Shown here in pieces: positions 35,925-44,944 of a stretch of DNA of 64,000 nucleotides. The stretch is from contig OZ253494.1 in assembly GCA_965262015.1 (NCBI GenBank), forward strand, positions 1,786,720 through 1,850,719, given 5' to 3'. Each line of letters begins with the position of its first letter. Within the stretch, counting starts at the first letter, position 1. Origin of the DNA: Leptospiria bacterium (GTDB lineage: Bacteria > Spirochaetota > Leptospiria > Turneriellales > CBDBES01). The notes beneath the pieces are model-generated. The model did not search any database. It was given only the letters and a program-made list of their open reading frames with translations, and was not told the origin of the DNA. The position numbers and the translations under genes were made by a program.

Positions 35925-36830
35925 ATGCGAGAAAAACTCCAGGGATATTACCTTGCTAGCTTTGGTAGCGTATCCGCCAGTATCTTTTTTATTGCCGTTA
36001 AGGGCAGTCATCATGGACAGCAGTTTTCTGTTGGTTTCTTGTGGTTAATCTATGGATTCGCCTGCTTGATTAGTATGTTATTATTTACACGACCCAAAGA
36101 ATTTTTGGTGACGTGTAATTGGCCTACCATAGTGTTTGGTGTTGCATTTGGCCTATTTTCTATCATGGGTAACTATGCTATTGGGCGAGCACTAGAGTTT
36201 TCTAGCCCAAGTGTCACCGTAATTATATTGCGGGTACAGGTTCTTTTTGTTATATTAATGGGTATTATCTTCTTGGGTGAAAAGTTACGGAAAGAATTAT
36301 GGTTTGGCTGTGCAGTTAGTTGCTTAGGGTTTTTATTATTACGTTGGAATTCATTAAACGATGGCTTGCATTATAAAACAATCTTATGGAGTTTATTTGC
36401 AGCGGGAAATTTTGCCATTGCAAATGTTGCGATAAAAAAATGGATTCTTCTTTTAAATTTGCCTGTTATTAATTTTTTACGATTGTTGGTAGGGGCACTT
36501 ATACTTCCCTTTTTCATTAACGGCTCGATTAATCATTTTATATACCAAGTAGTGGATATGCGTATGGTACTATTGGCCTTTACAGCAGCTTTATGTGGAC
36601 CTAATCTATCTCGATTATCTCAGATGTATGCAATGCAAAAACTCCCCGTATCTCATACTATCCTTTTTACAATGTTAACCCCTATGGTAACAATGTATCT
36701 AGCTTGGTTATTATGGGATACATTACCTTCATATATGATGTTAGCAGGTAGTTCTCTCATCCTAGGTGGGGTGATGCTGTCTACATTAGATATAGGGGCT
36801 TTATATAGGAGAATAAGAAACATCCCGTAG
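35925..36830 (+). CDS. EamA/DMT-family transporter
   Basis: 301 aa with about 10 predicted TM segments in two similar halves. The 3' end overlaps the tRNA-Glu on the opposite strand by about 10 nt. Confidence 0.55.
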   Translation: MREKLQGYYLASFGSVSASIFFIAVKGSHHGQQFSVGFLWLIYGFACLISMLLFTRPKEFLVTCNWPTIVFGVAFGLFSIMGNYAIGRALEFSSPSVTVIILRVQVLFVILMGIIFLGEKLRKELWFGCAVSCLGFLLLRWNSLNDGLHYKTILWSLFAAGNFAIANVAIKKWILLLNLPVINFLRLLVGALILPFFINGSINHFIYQVVDMRMVLLAFTAALCGPNLSRLSQMYAMQKLPVSHTILFTMLTPMVTMYLAWLLWDTLPSYMMLAGSSLILGGVMLSTLDIGALYRRIRNIP

Positions 36831-36892
36831 GGGAGTCGAACCCCTGTTGCAGGAATGAAAATCCTGAGTCCTGACCACTAGACGAACGGGAC
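36821..36892 (-). tRNA. tRNA-Glu (anticodon TTC)
   Basis: Reverse complement: GTCCCGT-TC-GTCT..AGGAC-T-CAGGA-TTTTCAT-TCCTG-..AGGGG-TTCGACT-CCCCT-ACGGGAT-G. The cloverleaf was checked by hand. No encoded CCA. Confidence 0.85.
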
Positions 36893-36897
36893 AAATA

Positions 36898-36970
36898 TAA
36901 GGTGTCCGGGATTCGAACCCGGGGCCCACTGCTTAAAAGGCAGTTGCTCTACCAACTGAGCTAACACCTC
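36898..36970 (-). tRNA. tRNA-Lys (anticodon TTT)
   Basis: Reverse complement: GAGGTGT-TA-GCTC-AGTTGGTA-GAGC-A-ACTGC-CTTTTAA-GCAGT-..CCGGG-TTCGAAT-CCCGG-ACACCTT-A. Confidence 0.85.
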
Positions 36971-37067
36971 AGGTAATAAATTACATAGCACGGTTTGTTT
37001 CAAACTTGTCTATGTCAACCCATTGTTTAATTCTAGAATAAGTAAATTTGGAATAGAGAGTTAGTAC

Positions 37068-37219
37068 TGATTCTGGACAGTGTAAACAGGGCTAGCCATT
37101 TTGATCTGTCTTTTTCACTATGGTAAAAAAGAATTTTCATGGGTTGCTCTCTTTATTTTTAGTATTTTAAGAAAACGGCTTATGAATACCTTAAACTATC
37201 CAAAAATGGAACCTACGCT
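37068..37219 (-). mobile_element. IS30-derived MITE-like element, truncated copy flanking the short NHL gene
   Basis: ctgattctggacagtgtaaacagggctagccattttgatctgtc...aaacggcttatgaataccttaaactatcc is the reverse complement of the element at 21270-21543, covering the 5' end through the mid part. Confidence 0.4.
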
Positions 37220-37317
37220 TTCAAATTTTCTAAGACTTTATAGAAACAGTCTATAACTGCAATATAAAATTAGAGAAACTAATTTTATATGAAACATGGT
37301 GATAATTAAAAAACAGC

Positions 37318-37356
37318 TAAAAAAAACTAAATACCCACCCCATACGTGGGATGGGT
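37318..37356 (-). terminator. Rho-independent terminator of the short NHL gene
   Basis: The minus strand reads CCCATCCCA-cgta-TGGGGTGGG followed by tatttagttttttt. This is the same hairpin as at the other NHL loci. Confidence 0.65.
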
Positions 37357-37378
37357 ATAATAAGATACAAGATTACAA

Positions 37379-37906
37379 TTATCGTGGTATAATTATTTTA
37401 CGGATACGATTGTTGTCCGCATCCGCCACATATACATTGTCATTACTATCAACTGCTACTCCTGTAGGATTTTTAAATTGTGCATCTATACTGGTGCCAT
37501 CTTTGCAGGACTCTCCGCCTGTTGCGGGGGTAGTAGTGCCACATTCAGTAGCAGTATTCCCCCCAGCGTTACCACCTGCGAACGTTATAACCTTAACCAC
37601 GGCACAGGTTTCATCACTTTTTTTTAAGACATAATCGCTATGGCAAGAAACACATTTTTCTTTATTCGTAGAAGCTTTTTCTGTTGAGGAAATACCATTG
37701 TTACAGGTATACTGGGGACTGTTGGGGGGGGGGCTTACAGCAGTAGGGGTTCCATCTCTACATTGAATGCTCACCATTAACATAGCAAAGACACTGATCA
37801 ATAAATGTCCTTTGAATACATGGAAAGAATATTGGCATTGGTCAGCGATCTGTTCTAAAAAGGTTGTAATGTATTTATAGATTTGTTGGTTATATGTCAT
37901 TTCCAA
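37379..37906 (-). CDS. short NHL-family protein: leader, one Cys4 module and a single terminal NHL blade
   Basis: 175 aa. MEMTYNQQIYKYITTFLEQIADQCQYSFHVFKGHLLISVFAMLMVSIQC is homologous to the leader of the SSR paralogs but has no heptamer tract. One blade is present (GVAVDSNDNVYVADADNNRIRKIIIPR*). Confidence 0.7.
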   Translation of the reverse strand: MEMTYNQQIYKYITTFLEQIADQCQYSFHVFKGHLLISVFAMLMVSIQCRDGTPTAVSPPPNSPQYTCNNGISSTEKASTNKEKCVSCHSDYVLKKSDETCAVVKVITFAGGNAGGNTATECGTTTPATGGESCKDGTSIDAQFKNPTGVAVDSNDNVYVADADNNRIRKIIIPR

Positions 37907-37958
37907 TGTCTCCTAATGTTTGATTTGTTTAAATCGAATGTTTTACCTCCTCTTAGTT

Positions 37959-38238
37959 CGTGAGAAACGGTTTATCACAGCCACGACGCAACACAGAGGA
38001 ATTGTGTGGATATACACTCTAAAGAGTACAAATGTTAAGTATTTTTGAATGATAAATTGTGAAATCTTGGTGCCGTCAGCATTATCTATGGACAGCGTAA
38101 ACAGGGTTAGCCATTCTTAATCTGTCTTTTGCACCATGGTAAAAAGGAATTTTCATGGGTTGCTCTCTTTATTCTTAGTATTTTCAAGAAAAACGGCTTA
38201 TGAATATCTTAAACTATCCATAGCTGAACTTGACTTGA
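37959..38238 (-). mobile_element. IS30-derived MITE-like element, full-length copy
   Basis: cgtgagaaacggtttatcacagcc...ggacagcgtaaacagggttagccattcttaatctg...aaaacggcttatgaatatcttaaactatcc is the reverse complement of the 21270-21543 element. It has the same orientation as the copy at 37068. Confidence 0.45.
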
Positions 38239-38309
38239 CAAATATACTTATGGAGTACATAAATTAAGTGTTTACAAAGCATGTTTTAGTCAATACTATG
38301 GGGTGTGTA

Positions 38310-38381
38310 CGGGATGTGGCGCAGTGGTAGCGCACCTGTTTTGGGAACAGGGGGTCGCTGGTTCAAATCCAGTCATCCCGA
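38310..38381 (+). tRNA. tRNA-Pro (anticodon TGG)
   Basis: CGGGATG-TG-GCGC-AGTGGTA-GCGC-A-CCTGT-TTTGGGA-ACAGG-..GCTGG-TTCAAAT-CCAGT-CATCCCG-A. Confidence 0.85.
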
Positions 38382-38386
38382 AGTTT

Positions 38387-38460
38387 GCGCCAGTAGCTCA
38401 GTTGGATAGAGCAACGGCCTTCTAAGCCGTGGGCCAGGGGTTCGAATCCTCTCTGGCGTA
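38387..38460 (+). tRNA. tRNA-Arg (anticodon TCT)
   Basis: GCGCCAG-TA-GCTC-AGTTGGATA-GAGC-A-ACGGC-CTTCTAA-GCCGT-..AGGGG-TTCGAAT-CCTCT-CTGGCGT-A. Confidence 0.85.
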
Positions 38461-38484
38461 CTTGTCTTGTAGAGGGGTCTTATA

Positions 38485-39531
38485 ATGGAATATCGTAAGT
38501 TAGGCAATACAGATGTTAGCGTTAGTGCGATTTGTCTAGGTACAATGACGTGGGGTGAACAAAATACAGAGGACGAAGCACATGAACAGCTTGATTATGC
38601 GAAAAGTAGGGATATCAACTTTATTGATACTGCTGAATTATATCCTGTCCCCATCAAAGCAGACACATATACTCTAACAGAACAATATATAGGCAATTGG
38701 TTTCATAAAAATAAACAACGAGATAAATATATTTTAGCCACTAAAATAGCTGGCAAATCAGATGGCCTCTCGTGGATAAGGAATGGTCGCAATTGTTTTG
38801 ATAAAAAAAATATTACAGAAGCACTTGAAGGTAGCCTCCGTCGATTAAAAACTGATTATATCGATTTATACCAACTACATTGGCCAGATCGTAAAACTAA
38901 TTATTTTGGGACTCTTGGATATAAGCAGGCGAAACAAGATGATTTTATCTCTATCGAAGAATCCTTATCTGTTCTCAATCAACTTGTCCAGGATGGTAAA
39001 ATACGTTATATTGGTGTGTCTAATGAAACACCTTGGGGAGTAATGAAATTTTTAAAAATAGCAGAGAAGCAAGGTATGGCAAAAATAGTTTCCATTCAAA
39101 ATCCCTATAATTTATTGAATCGTACTTATGAAGTTGGATTGGCAGAAATTTCCCATCGTGAAAACATTGGTTTGCTTGCCTACTCTCCACTAGCATTTGG
39201 TCTCTTAACTGGTAAATATACTTTAGATACACAACCTTCGGCAAGGGATCGGCTTGTTAAGTATGAAGCCTACTTTAGTCGATATCGTAATGATTTGGCA
39301 GTACAGGCTACTAAAAGATACGTAGCAATAGCAAAAGAGCATAACATTTCTTTAACCCAGATGTCTCTTGCCTTTGTTACTAACAAACCTTTCGTAGCTA
39401 GTAATATTATTGGTGCTACTAGGATGGAACAACTAAAAGAAAATATAGATAGTGCAGAAATTATTTTATCTGGAGAGATCCTTAAAAAAATTGAAGCTGT
39501 CCACCTAATGAATCCAAATCCTACTCCTTAA
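38485..39531 (+). CDS. NADP(H)-dependent aldo-keto reductase (Tas/YajO-like)
   Basis: 348 aa. Motifs: LGTMTWG, INFIDTAELY, YIDLYQLHWPD, IRYIGVSNE, AYSPLAFGLLTGKY. Confidence 0.8.
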   Translation: MEYRKLGNTDVSVSAICLGTMTWGEQNTEDEAHEQLDYAKSRDINFIDTAELYPVPIKADTYTLTEQYIGNWFHKNKQRDKYILATKIAGKSDGLSWIRNGRNCFDKKNITEALEGSLRRLKTDYIDLYQLHWPDRKTNYFGTLGYKQAKQDDFISIEESLSVLNQLVQDGKIRYIGVSNETPWGVMKFLKIAEKQGMAKIVSIQNPYNLLNRTYEVGLAEISHRENIGLLAYSPLAFGLLTGKYTLDTQPSARDRLVKYEAYFSRYRNDLAVQATKRYVAIAKEHNISLTQMSLAFVTNKPFVASNIIGATRMEQLKENIDSAEIILSGEILKKIEAVHLMNPNPTP

Positions 39532-39551
39532 CCCGAGTAGTAAAACTTCTT

Positions 39552-40931
39552 ATGCTTCATAAATCTTTCACCAAAAATTTATTAGCTAAACTATATTTTT
39601 CTCCTGATAGTAAAATAAAATTGGGATGGGATATACTAGTTATAATAACTGCTATATTTACCTCGATAGACATTACCCGACGTATTGCCTTAGATTATTC
39701 GTTAAATAGTCTCTTTATTCTATTCGATTTAGTAGTGACAATAATTTTCACCTTAGATATAATCTTCAATTTTTTCACACCAATCAAAGTAAATAGACAA
39801 TATATTTCCTCCCCTAAAAAACTTGCTAATGCTTATCTTAGAGGTACCTTTTTACTAGATCTTTTAGCGGCTTTACCTATGGATATGATATTATCTCAAT
39901 TATGGGGCCAACAAGATATGTCTGTCATGTATTTTTCATTTTTTCGTTATTTACGTTTTTTACGTTTGATTAAAATATTTCGATTAGTTCGACTAAGCTA
40001 CCTAATGAAAAAATGGGATTACATGCATGTTCTCAATCCTTCAACTATTAGACTAACTTTCTTTATATTCTGGTTAGCTATTCTTTCACATTGGATTGCC
40101 TGTGGATGGTTAATTATTTATCATGAGGGTGTACAATATGATCGCTTAGCTCATTATCTTCGTGCTTTATATTGGACAATTACAACACTGACTACGGTAG
40201 GCTATGGGGATATTGTACCCAAAACTAATTTGCAACTATCATACACTATGATTACTATGTTGTTAGGAGTGGGTGTTTATGGTTATGTGATTGGTAATAT
40301 GGCAACCTTGGTCGCCAATTTAGATTTGGGTAAAGCCAAGTACATGAAAAAAATGGAAACCTTAAATACTTTTTTTCAGGCTAGGCATATACCACATACA
40401 TTAAGAAAAAAAATAACAGATTATTATACCTATCTATGGGAAAGTGAGTTGGGTGACGATCATGAGGCCATTCTAACTGAATTACCACAATCCCTCAAAG
40501 TAGCATTATCTGTTTATCTTAACCAAAATATTATACAAAAAGTGCCTTTGTTTCATGGGGCTACACCAAACCTCATCAAAGAGGTTGCCCTAGAATTAAA
40601 AAGTTTTTTTTATGCACCTGGTGACATCGTTACCCAAAAAGGTGATATCGGAGATGCTATGTTTTTACTCAGCAAGGGTGTGGTGGAATTATTAGAAGAC
40701 GAAAACACAGTATTTAGCGAATTACAGGCAGGAAGTTTTTTTGGTGAAATGTCTCTTGTGTTGAGCCGTCCTAGAATGTTTACTATTCGGGCAAAAGACT
40801 ATTGTGATATTTATGTACTCAACCGAGAAGCTTTTGATAAAGTCTCTTTAAATCATCCATCATTTAAAAAACAAGTTAATCAAGTGGTTAATGCAAGACT
40901 GGAAAAGAACTTAAACAAAGAGAAAAAGTAA
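39552..40931 (+). CDS. cyclic-nucleotide-gated K+ channel (6TM voltage-sensor-like, pore and C-terminal cNMP-binding domain)
   Basis: 459 aa. S4-like segment FRYLRFLRLIKIFRLVRL, selectivity filter TTLTTVGYGD, and CNBD motif FFGEMSL...RMFTIRA. Confidence 0.85.
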   Translation: MLHKSFTKNLLAKLYFSPDSKIKLGWDILVIITAIFTSIDITRRIALDYSLNSLFILFDLVVTIIFTLDIIFNFFTPIKVNRQYISSPKKLANAYLRGTFLLDLLAALPMDMILSQLWGQQDMSVMYFSFFRYLRFLRLIKIFRLVRLSYLMKKWDYMHVLNPSTIRLTFFIFWLAILSHWIACGWLIIYHEGVQYDRLAHYLRALYWTITTLTTVGYGDIVPKTNLQLSYTMITMLLGVGVYGYVIGNMATLVANLDLGKAKYMKKMETLNTFFQARHIPHTLRKKITDYYTYLWESELGDDHEAILTELPQSLKVALSVYLNQNIIQKVPLFHGATPNLIKEVALELKSFFYAPGDIVTQKGDIGDAMFLLSKGVVELLEDENTVFSELQAGSFFGEMSLVLSRPRMFTIRAKDYCDIYVLNREAFDKVSLNHPSFKKQVNQVVNARLEKNLNKEKK

Positions 40932-40951
40932 TTTAGATAAAACTAGTTATA

Positions 40952-41692
40952 TTAGAATTCATTTGAATATTGCAATGTTAATATTCTTTCTATAGGTTCC
41001 TTATGAGCAAACATTAAACTAAATTGAAGAACAAGATTATCAATAAAGTTTAGTTGTACACCTACATTAAACAATGCTTGGTTAATACGATTCCTGGTAA
41101 GATATAATCGACTTATTTCAACAATAGGTACAATATAACCAATAGGTATATCTATACTAAGAAATAAAGCAGTATCCTCAGGTTTTACATGTGGCTGTAT
41201 AGGCATTTTTACTCCAAAGTGTATATGTTGGGTACCCTCAAGAATAAAAAGAGGTTTTGTAAATGATATGTAGGTTCCATAAATAATTTTATTAAGTGGA
41301 TTAGCACTATTTGTTCTACCCTCATTACCAGTGTAAAAGGAGTCATATCCAAATGCTATAAGTATAGGAAACTTTTCCCAACCATCAGTGATTTTAAATT
41401 TAGCGACTACACCAGGAATATTCACTGCGATACGTCCAATTCCTACTAAACTTTGTATGTCGAATGACACACCAAGATAAATGTTATCATGAACTCCTAG
41501 AATAGCTTTTGTATGTAAGCTACCCTGTGTATAAAGTGTAGTAGCTATATAATAACTTCTAGATGATAAGGTTGTTGCATTAACGCTGTCTACTCCATAT
41601 AAAATAGGAACGATTGCATCTATTTTTGGCATGTATGCAGAATATATAATTAGTAACAAAACAATACGTATAATTAATTTATAAAAAGACAT
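40952..41692 (-). CDS. hypothetical outer-membrane beta-barrel-like protein
   Basis: 246 aa with a signal peptide, an alternating amphipathic pattern and a C-terminal aromatic residue (..LQYSNEF). No family was recognised. Confidence 0.4.
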   Translation of the reverse strand: MSFYKLIIRIVLLLIIYSAYMPKIDAIVPILYGVDSVNATTLSSRSYYIATTLYTQGSLHTKAILGVHDNIYLGVSFDIQSLVGIGRIAVNIPGVVAKFKITDGWEKFPILIAFGYDSFYTGNEGRTNSANPLNKIIYGTYISFTKPLFILEGTQHIHFGVKMPIQPHVKPEDTALFLSIDIPIGYIVPIVEISRLYLTRNRINQALFNVGVQLNFIDNLVLQFSLMFAHKEPIERILTLQYSNEF

Positions 41693-41775
41693 TTATAGAA
41701 CGGTTTCGGACAAAATTATAATTTCTAAAGCTGTTTAATTGTATCTTACGTTTTAGAATAATTTTTTATGCAAAT

Positions 41776-42849
41776 TTATTCTGTTTTTGATATATTAATG
41801 AAAATACCAAATAGCCCTAGATAGGTAATTAAAGAAGTGCCACCATAACTCACTAATGGCAAATTAATCCCTGTGGTAGGCAGTAACCCCATGTTAACAG
41901 CAATGTGTATATTGGCTTGCAGGAAAAAAAGCAATATTATACCTGCACCAAGTAGTTGGCCAAATAAATCTGTTTTTTTGTGAATAAGTACAAAACCAAG
42001 GATACTAATGCCTGTATACAATAATAATATCATTACAATACCAACAAATCCTAGGTTTTCTGCAACAATAGCTAGTATAAAATCTGTATGACGTGCCTGA
42101 AATGTATGTCGTACTGCACCCTCTCCTATTCCCTTACCCCATATTCCCCCTGCAATGAAGGCCTTGAAAGAAGCAACTAATTGGTAACCTTCTTCAAATC
42201 GGTATCTCCATGGATCTAAAAAAGCAAGTAATCTTTTAAATCGCCAAGGTACTTTAATAACAGCATAATATAGTATGGGTAATAAATTAATAGATAATAA
42301 CAATAATATAAAAAATGGAAATTCAGTTAAAAAAAGTAAAAATACTAAGCTAATTAATAAATGAAAGGCTGTGCCAAAATCAGGTTCTAAACTAATAAGA
42401 AGAGTGGGTATCGCAATGATAAATAAGCTTATGATAGACTTAACATACACATTTAACTGTGTAGTAGTAGTATATATTCGGCAGATTAGAAGTATTACAG
42501 CAAATTTACTTATATCAGATGGTTGAAAAGAGAAGCCTGCGACTTCTATCCATCGTCTTGCTCCTCCAGCAGATTTGCCAATGAATGGCACAAATACAAG
42601 AGCTAGGGACAATAGAGAAGCTAAATATATAGGCCACGCTAGACGATGCCATATTTTATAAGGTATTTGGGTGGCTATAATACAGATAATAAGCCCCAAA
42701 AACATGATAATAGTTTGTTTGCGAATATAATGATAAGGGTCACCGTATTGCTGTCTAGCCATAAAGAAAGACGAAGAAAAAAGTAAGATGAGACCAAGTA
42801 ATGTAAGAAAAATAATACAACTAAATAAAAAAAGAGTTTTAGATTTCAT
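41776..42849 (-). CDS. SEDS-family peptidoglycan glycosyltransferase (FtsW/RodA/SpoVE)
   Basis: 357 aa and polytopic. Motifs: QPSDISKF, EPDFGTA, HTDFILA, LPLVSYGGTSL. There is a 4-nt overlap with prfA. Confidence 0.8.
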   Translation of the reverse strand: MKSKTLFLFSCIIFLTLLGLILLFSSSFFMARQQYGDPYHYIRKQTIIMFLGLIICIIATQIPYKIWHRLAWPIYLASLLSLALVFVPFIGKSAGGARRWIEVAGFSFQPSDISKFAVILLICRIYTTTTQLNVYVKSIISLFIIAIPTLLISLEPDFGTAFHLLISLVFLLFLTEFPFFILLLLSINLLPILYYAVIKVPWRFKRLLAFLDPWRYRFEEGYQLVASFKAFIAGGIWGKGIGEGAVRHTFQARHTDFILAIVAENLGFVGIVMILLLYTGISILGFVLIHKKTDLFGQLLGAGIILLFFLQANIHIAVNMGLLPTTGINLPLVSYGGTSLITYLGLFGIFINISKTE

Positions 42850-43928
42850 GCTTCCATGTCAGCTAATAAAAGTTCTTGTTCATACTCTAGCAACCTGTCT
42901 ATGATATCTTGTAGTTCACCCTCTAAAATACGTTCTAAATTATGAGAAGTATATTTAATGCGATGATCAGTGACTCTACTTTGAGGAAAGTTATAAGTTC
43001 TTACTTTCTCTGAGCGATCACCTGAACCCACTTGGCTCTTTTTCATCTGGGATTGTTTTTCATGTTGTTCAGCCATTTCGGATGCCTTAATGCGTGCCCG
43101 CAAAATAGACATTGCCTTCGCTTTGTTTTTATGTTGTGATTTCTCGTCCTGGCAAGTAACAATAATATTCGTGGGTAAATGTGTGATCCTAATTGCAGAA
43201 TCCGTGGTGTTCACACTCTGACCACCCGGCCCCGAAGAACGGAACACATCAATTTTAAGATCTTTATTTTGTATATTAAGCTCTTCTTCTTGTACTTCTG
43301 GAATTATGGCAATCGTACATGCCGATGTATGTATCCTACCACTTGATTCCGTTGCAGGTACTCTCTGGACTCGATGTGTTCCTGCTTCGAGGTGTAATGT
43401 TGAATAAGCCTTTTTATGCTTAACAAAAATAATTGCCTCTTTCACTCCATCTAAACCAGTGATTTGTATAGAAGTAATTTCAAAAGGCATAGATTCGAGA
43501 TCTAAAAATTTTGTATACATTTTCAGAAGGTCTTTTGCAAACAAAGCGGACTCATCCCCACCTGTACCCAATCGAATTTCTAAATAAATATTTTTTCCTG
43601 TATTTTCATCTTTGGGCAATATCTCAATTAAGATATTTTTCTTCAAATTGATAATATTTTGTTGTAATTCATTTGCTTCCTCATTTAAAAGTTCTGTAAG
43701 ATCAGCTTCATTTTCACATTTAAGTTGTTCTTGTATTTCTTTAAGATGAATGACACTATCTTTATAGTTTTGTATCTTGTCGTATACTGGTGATAGAACA
43801 CTTCTCTCTTTTCCTAATTTACTGAGAGCTTGGGGATTTTGTGTAATCGATTCGTTTGATAGTTCTTTTTCAATAGAACGGTATCTTTCTAATACCATTT
43901 CCATTTTAATCTCAAAAAAATTGCTCAT
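42846..43928 (-). CDS. prfA: peptide chain release factor 1
   Basis: Motifs: GGQSVNTTDSA (GGQ) and the RF1-type tripeptide in RVPATESSGRIHTS. The start is set at MSNFFEIK (43928) because the longer ORF-track start (43964) would overlap the tRNA-Arg. Confidence 0.9.
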   Translation of the reverse strand: MSNFFEIKMEMVLERYRSIEKELSNESITQNPQALSKLGKERSVLSPVYDKIQNYKDSVIHLKEIQEQLKCENEADLTELLNEEANELQQNIINLKKNILIEILPKDENTGKNIYLEIRLGTGGDESALFAKDLLKMYTKFLDLESMPFEITSIQITGLDGVKEAIIFVKHKKAYSTLHLEAGTHRVQRVPATESSGRIHTSACTIAIIPEVQEEELNIQNKDLKIDVFRSSGPGGQSVNTTDSAIRITHLPTNIIVTCQDEKSQHKNKAKAMSILRARIKASEMAEQHEKQSQMKKSQVGSGDRSEKVRTYNFPQSRVTDHRIKYTSHNLERILEGELQDIIDRLLEYEQELLLADMEA

Positions 43929-43933
43929 TATTT

Positions 43934-44006
43934 TACTCCCACCAGGATTCGAACCTGGGCACATGCCTTAGGAGGGCACTGCTCTATCCATCTGAGCTAT
44001 GGGAGC
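43934..44006 (-). tRNA. tRNA-Arg (anticodon CCT)
   Basis: Reverse complement: GCTCCCA-TA-GCTC-AGATGGATA-GAGC-A-GTGCC-CTCCTAA-GGCAT-..CCAGG-TTCGAAT-CCTGG-TGGGAGT-A. Confidence 0.85.
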
Positions 44007-44527
44007 TCCTGATGCAATTCTTTATACAACATACTAGGCTGTATTTCTTTATTATCCTGGTATTTATCACTTACATAGTTTGTATGTGTGCCTTCAAGTG
44101 TATGGTAGAATATTTGGCAAATTTGTATACCCGCATAAATTCGTATAGGGTGTACTGCCATGATTTCTAGTGTCCAGTAACCTCTAAAACCAACGTCACC
44201 AAATCCTGCTGTGATATGTATAAAAAGTCCAAGCCTGCCAATACTACTCCTGCCTTCTAACATTGGCACTAAGTTATATGTTTCTGTATATTCTATCGTT
44301 CTACCCAGGTATAATTTATTTTTTTCTAGCAATAGCCCTTTTTCTGGTATGTTAATAGTGGTACATGAGTTATTATGTTTCATATCTAACTCCTGATCGT
44401 TATATACCAGTAGCTCACAATGTAAACTTAGGTTATAGGAGTTTACATTGAGATGTTTCCTATTAAAAGGCTGAATTATAATATCTTGATTTATTCTTTT
44501 CTGTATTTCTTGCCCCGAAATAATCAT
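43997..44527 (-). CDS. dcd: dCTP deaminase
   Basis: 176 aa. MIISGQEIQKRI..., ...EGRSSIGRLGL.. and ..GYWTLEI.. match the dCTP deaminase/dUTPase fold family. The last about 10 nt overlap the tRNA-Arg 5' end. Confidence 0.7.
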   Translation of the reverse strand: MIISGQEIQKRINQDIIIQPFNRKHLNVNSYNLSLHCELLVYNDQELDMKHNNSCTTINIPEKGLLLEKNKLYLGRTIEYTETYNLVPMLEGRSSIGRLGLFIHITAGFGDVGFRGYWTLEIMAVHPIRIYAGIQICQIFYHTLEGTHTNYVSDKYQDNKEIQPSMLYKELHQELP

Positions 44528-44602
44528 AACAGATGAGTTTTTTAGAAATTTTGATTGTCAACCACATAAAAAAAAATGATACTCATATTGTAATCTTGAC
44601 TA

Positions 44603-44944
44603 GGGGACGCATTGGTTTCGACTAAGATAGTTTAGAACTATGAAAAGCATGCAAAGAGCCATCTTTTAAAAATGGCAACTTAAAATAAATGACAATAGTC
44701 AAGAATTTGCTTTAGCTGCTTAGTGCAGTTAGCGCCGTTTTATCTGTTCGCTTCTAGGTAGGTAAAATGGCTCACATTATAGAAGCTAGGTTTTGTGTGG
44801 CAAAGGCATAAAATCGAAACTATTTTGCTTAGGGTAATGTTGCACTGTCTATGAGACACATTATCTGAAACTTAATCATAGACTAAGCATGTAGAAAGCT
44901 TATTTTGATATTTTAGGACGCGGGTTCAAATCCCGCCGTCTCCA
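44603..44944 (+). ncRNA. ssrA: tmRNA (ssrA)
   Basis: 5' end GGGGACGCATTGGTTTCGAC and 3' tRNA-like end GGACGCGGGTTCAAATCCCGCCGTCTCCA. The internal tag ORF AAT GAC AAT AGT CAA GAA TTT GCT TTA GCT GCT TAG gives tag (A)NDNSQEFALAA. Confidence 0.9.

Noticed and set aside
43929-43964. N-terminal extension of prfA (MCPGSNPGGSKI) given in the ORF track.
   Set aside because: It is the translation of tRNA-Arg(CCT) on the same strand. The conserved RF1 N-terminus starts at MSNFFEIK.
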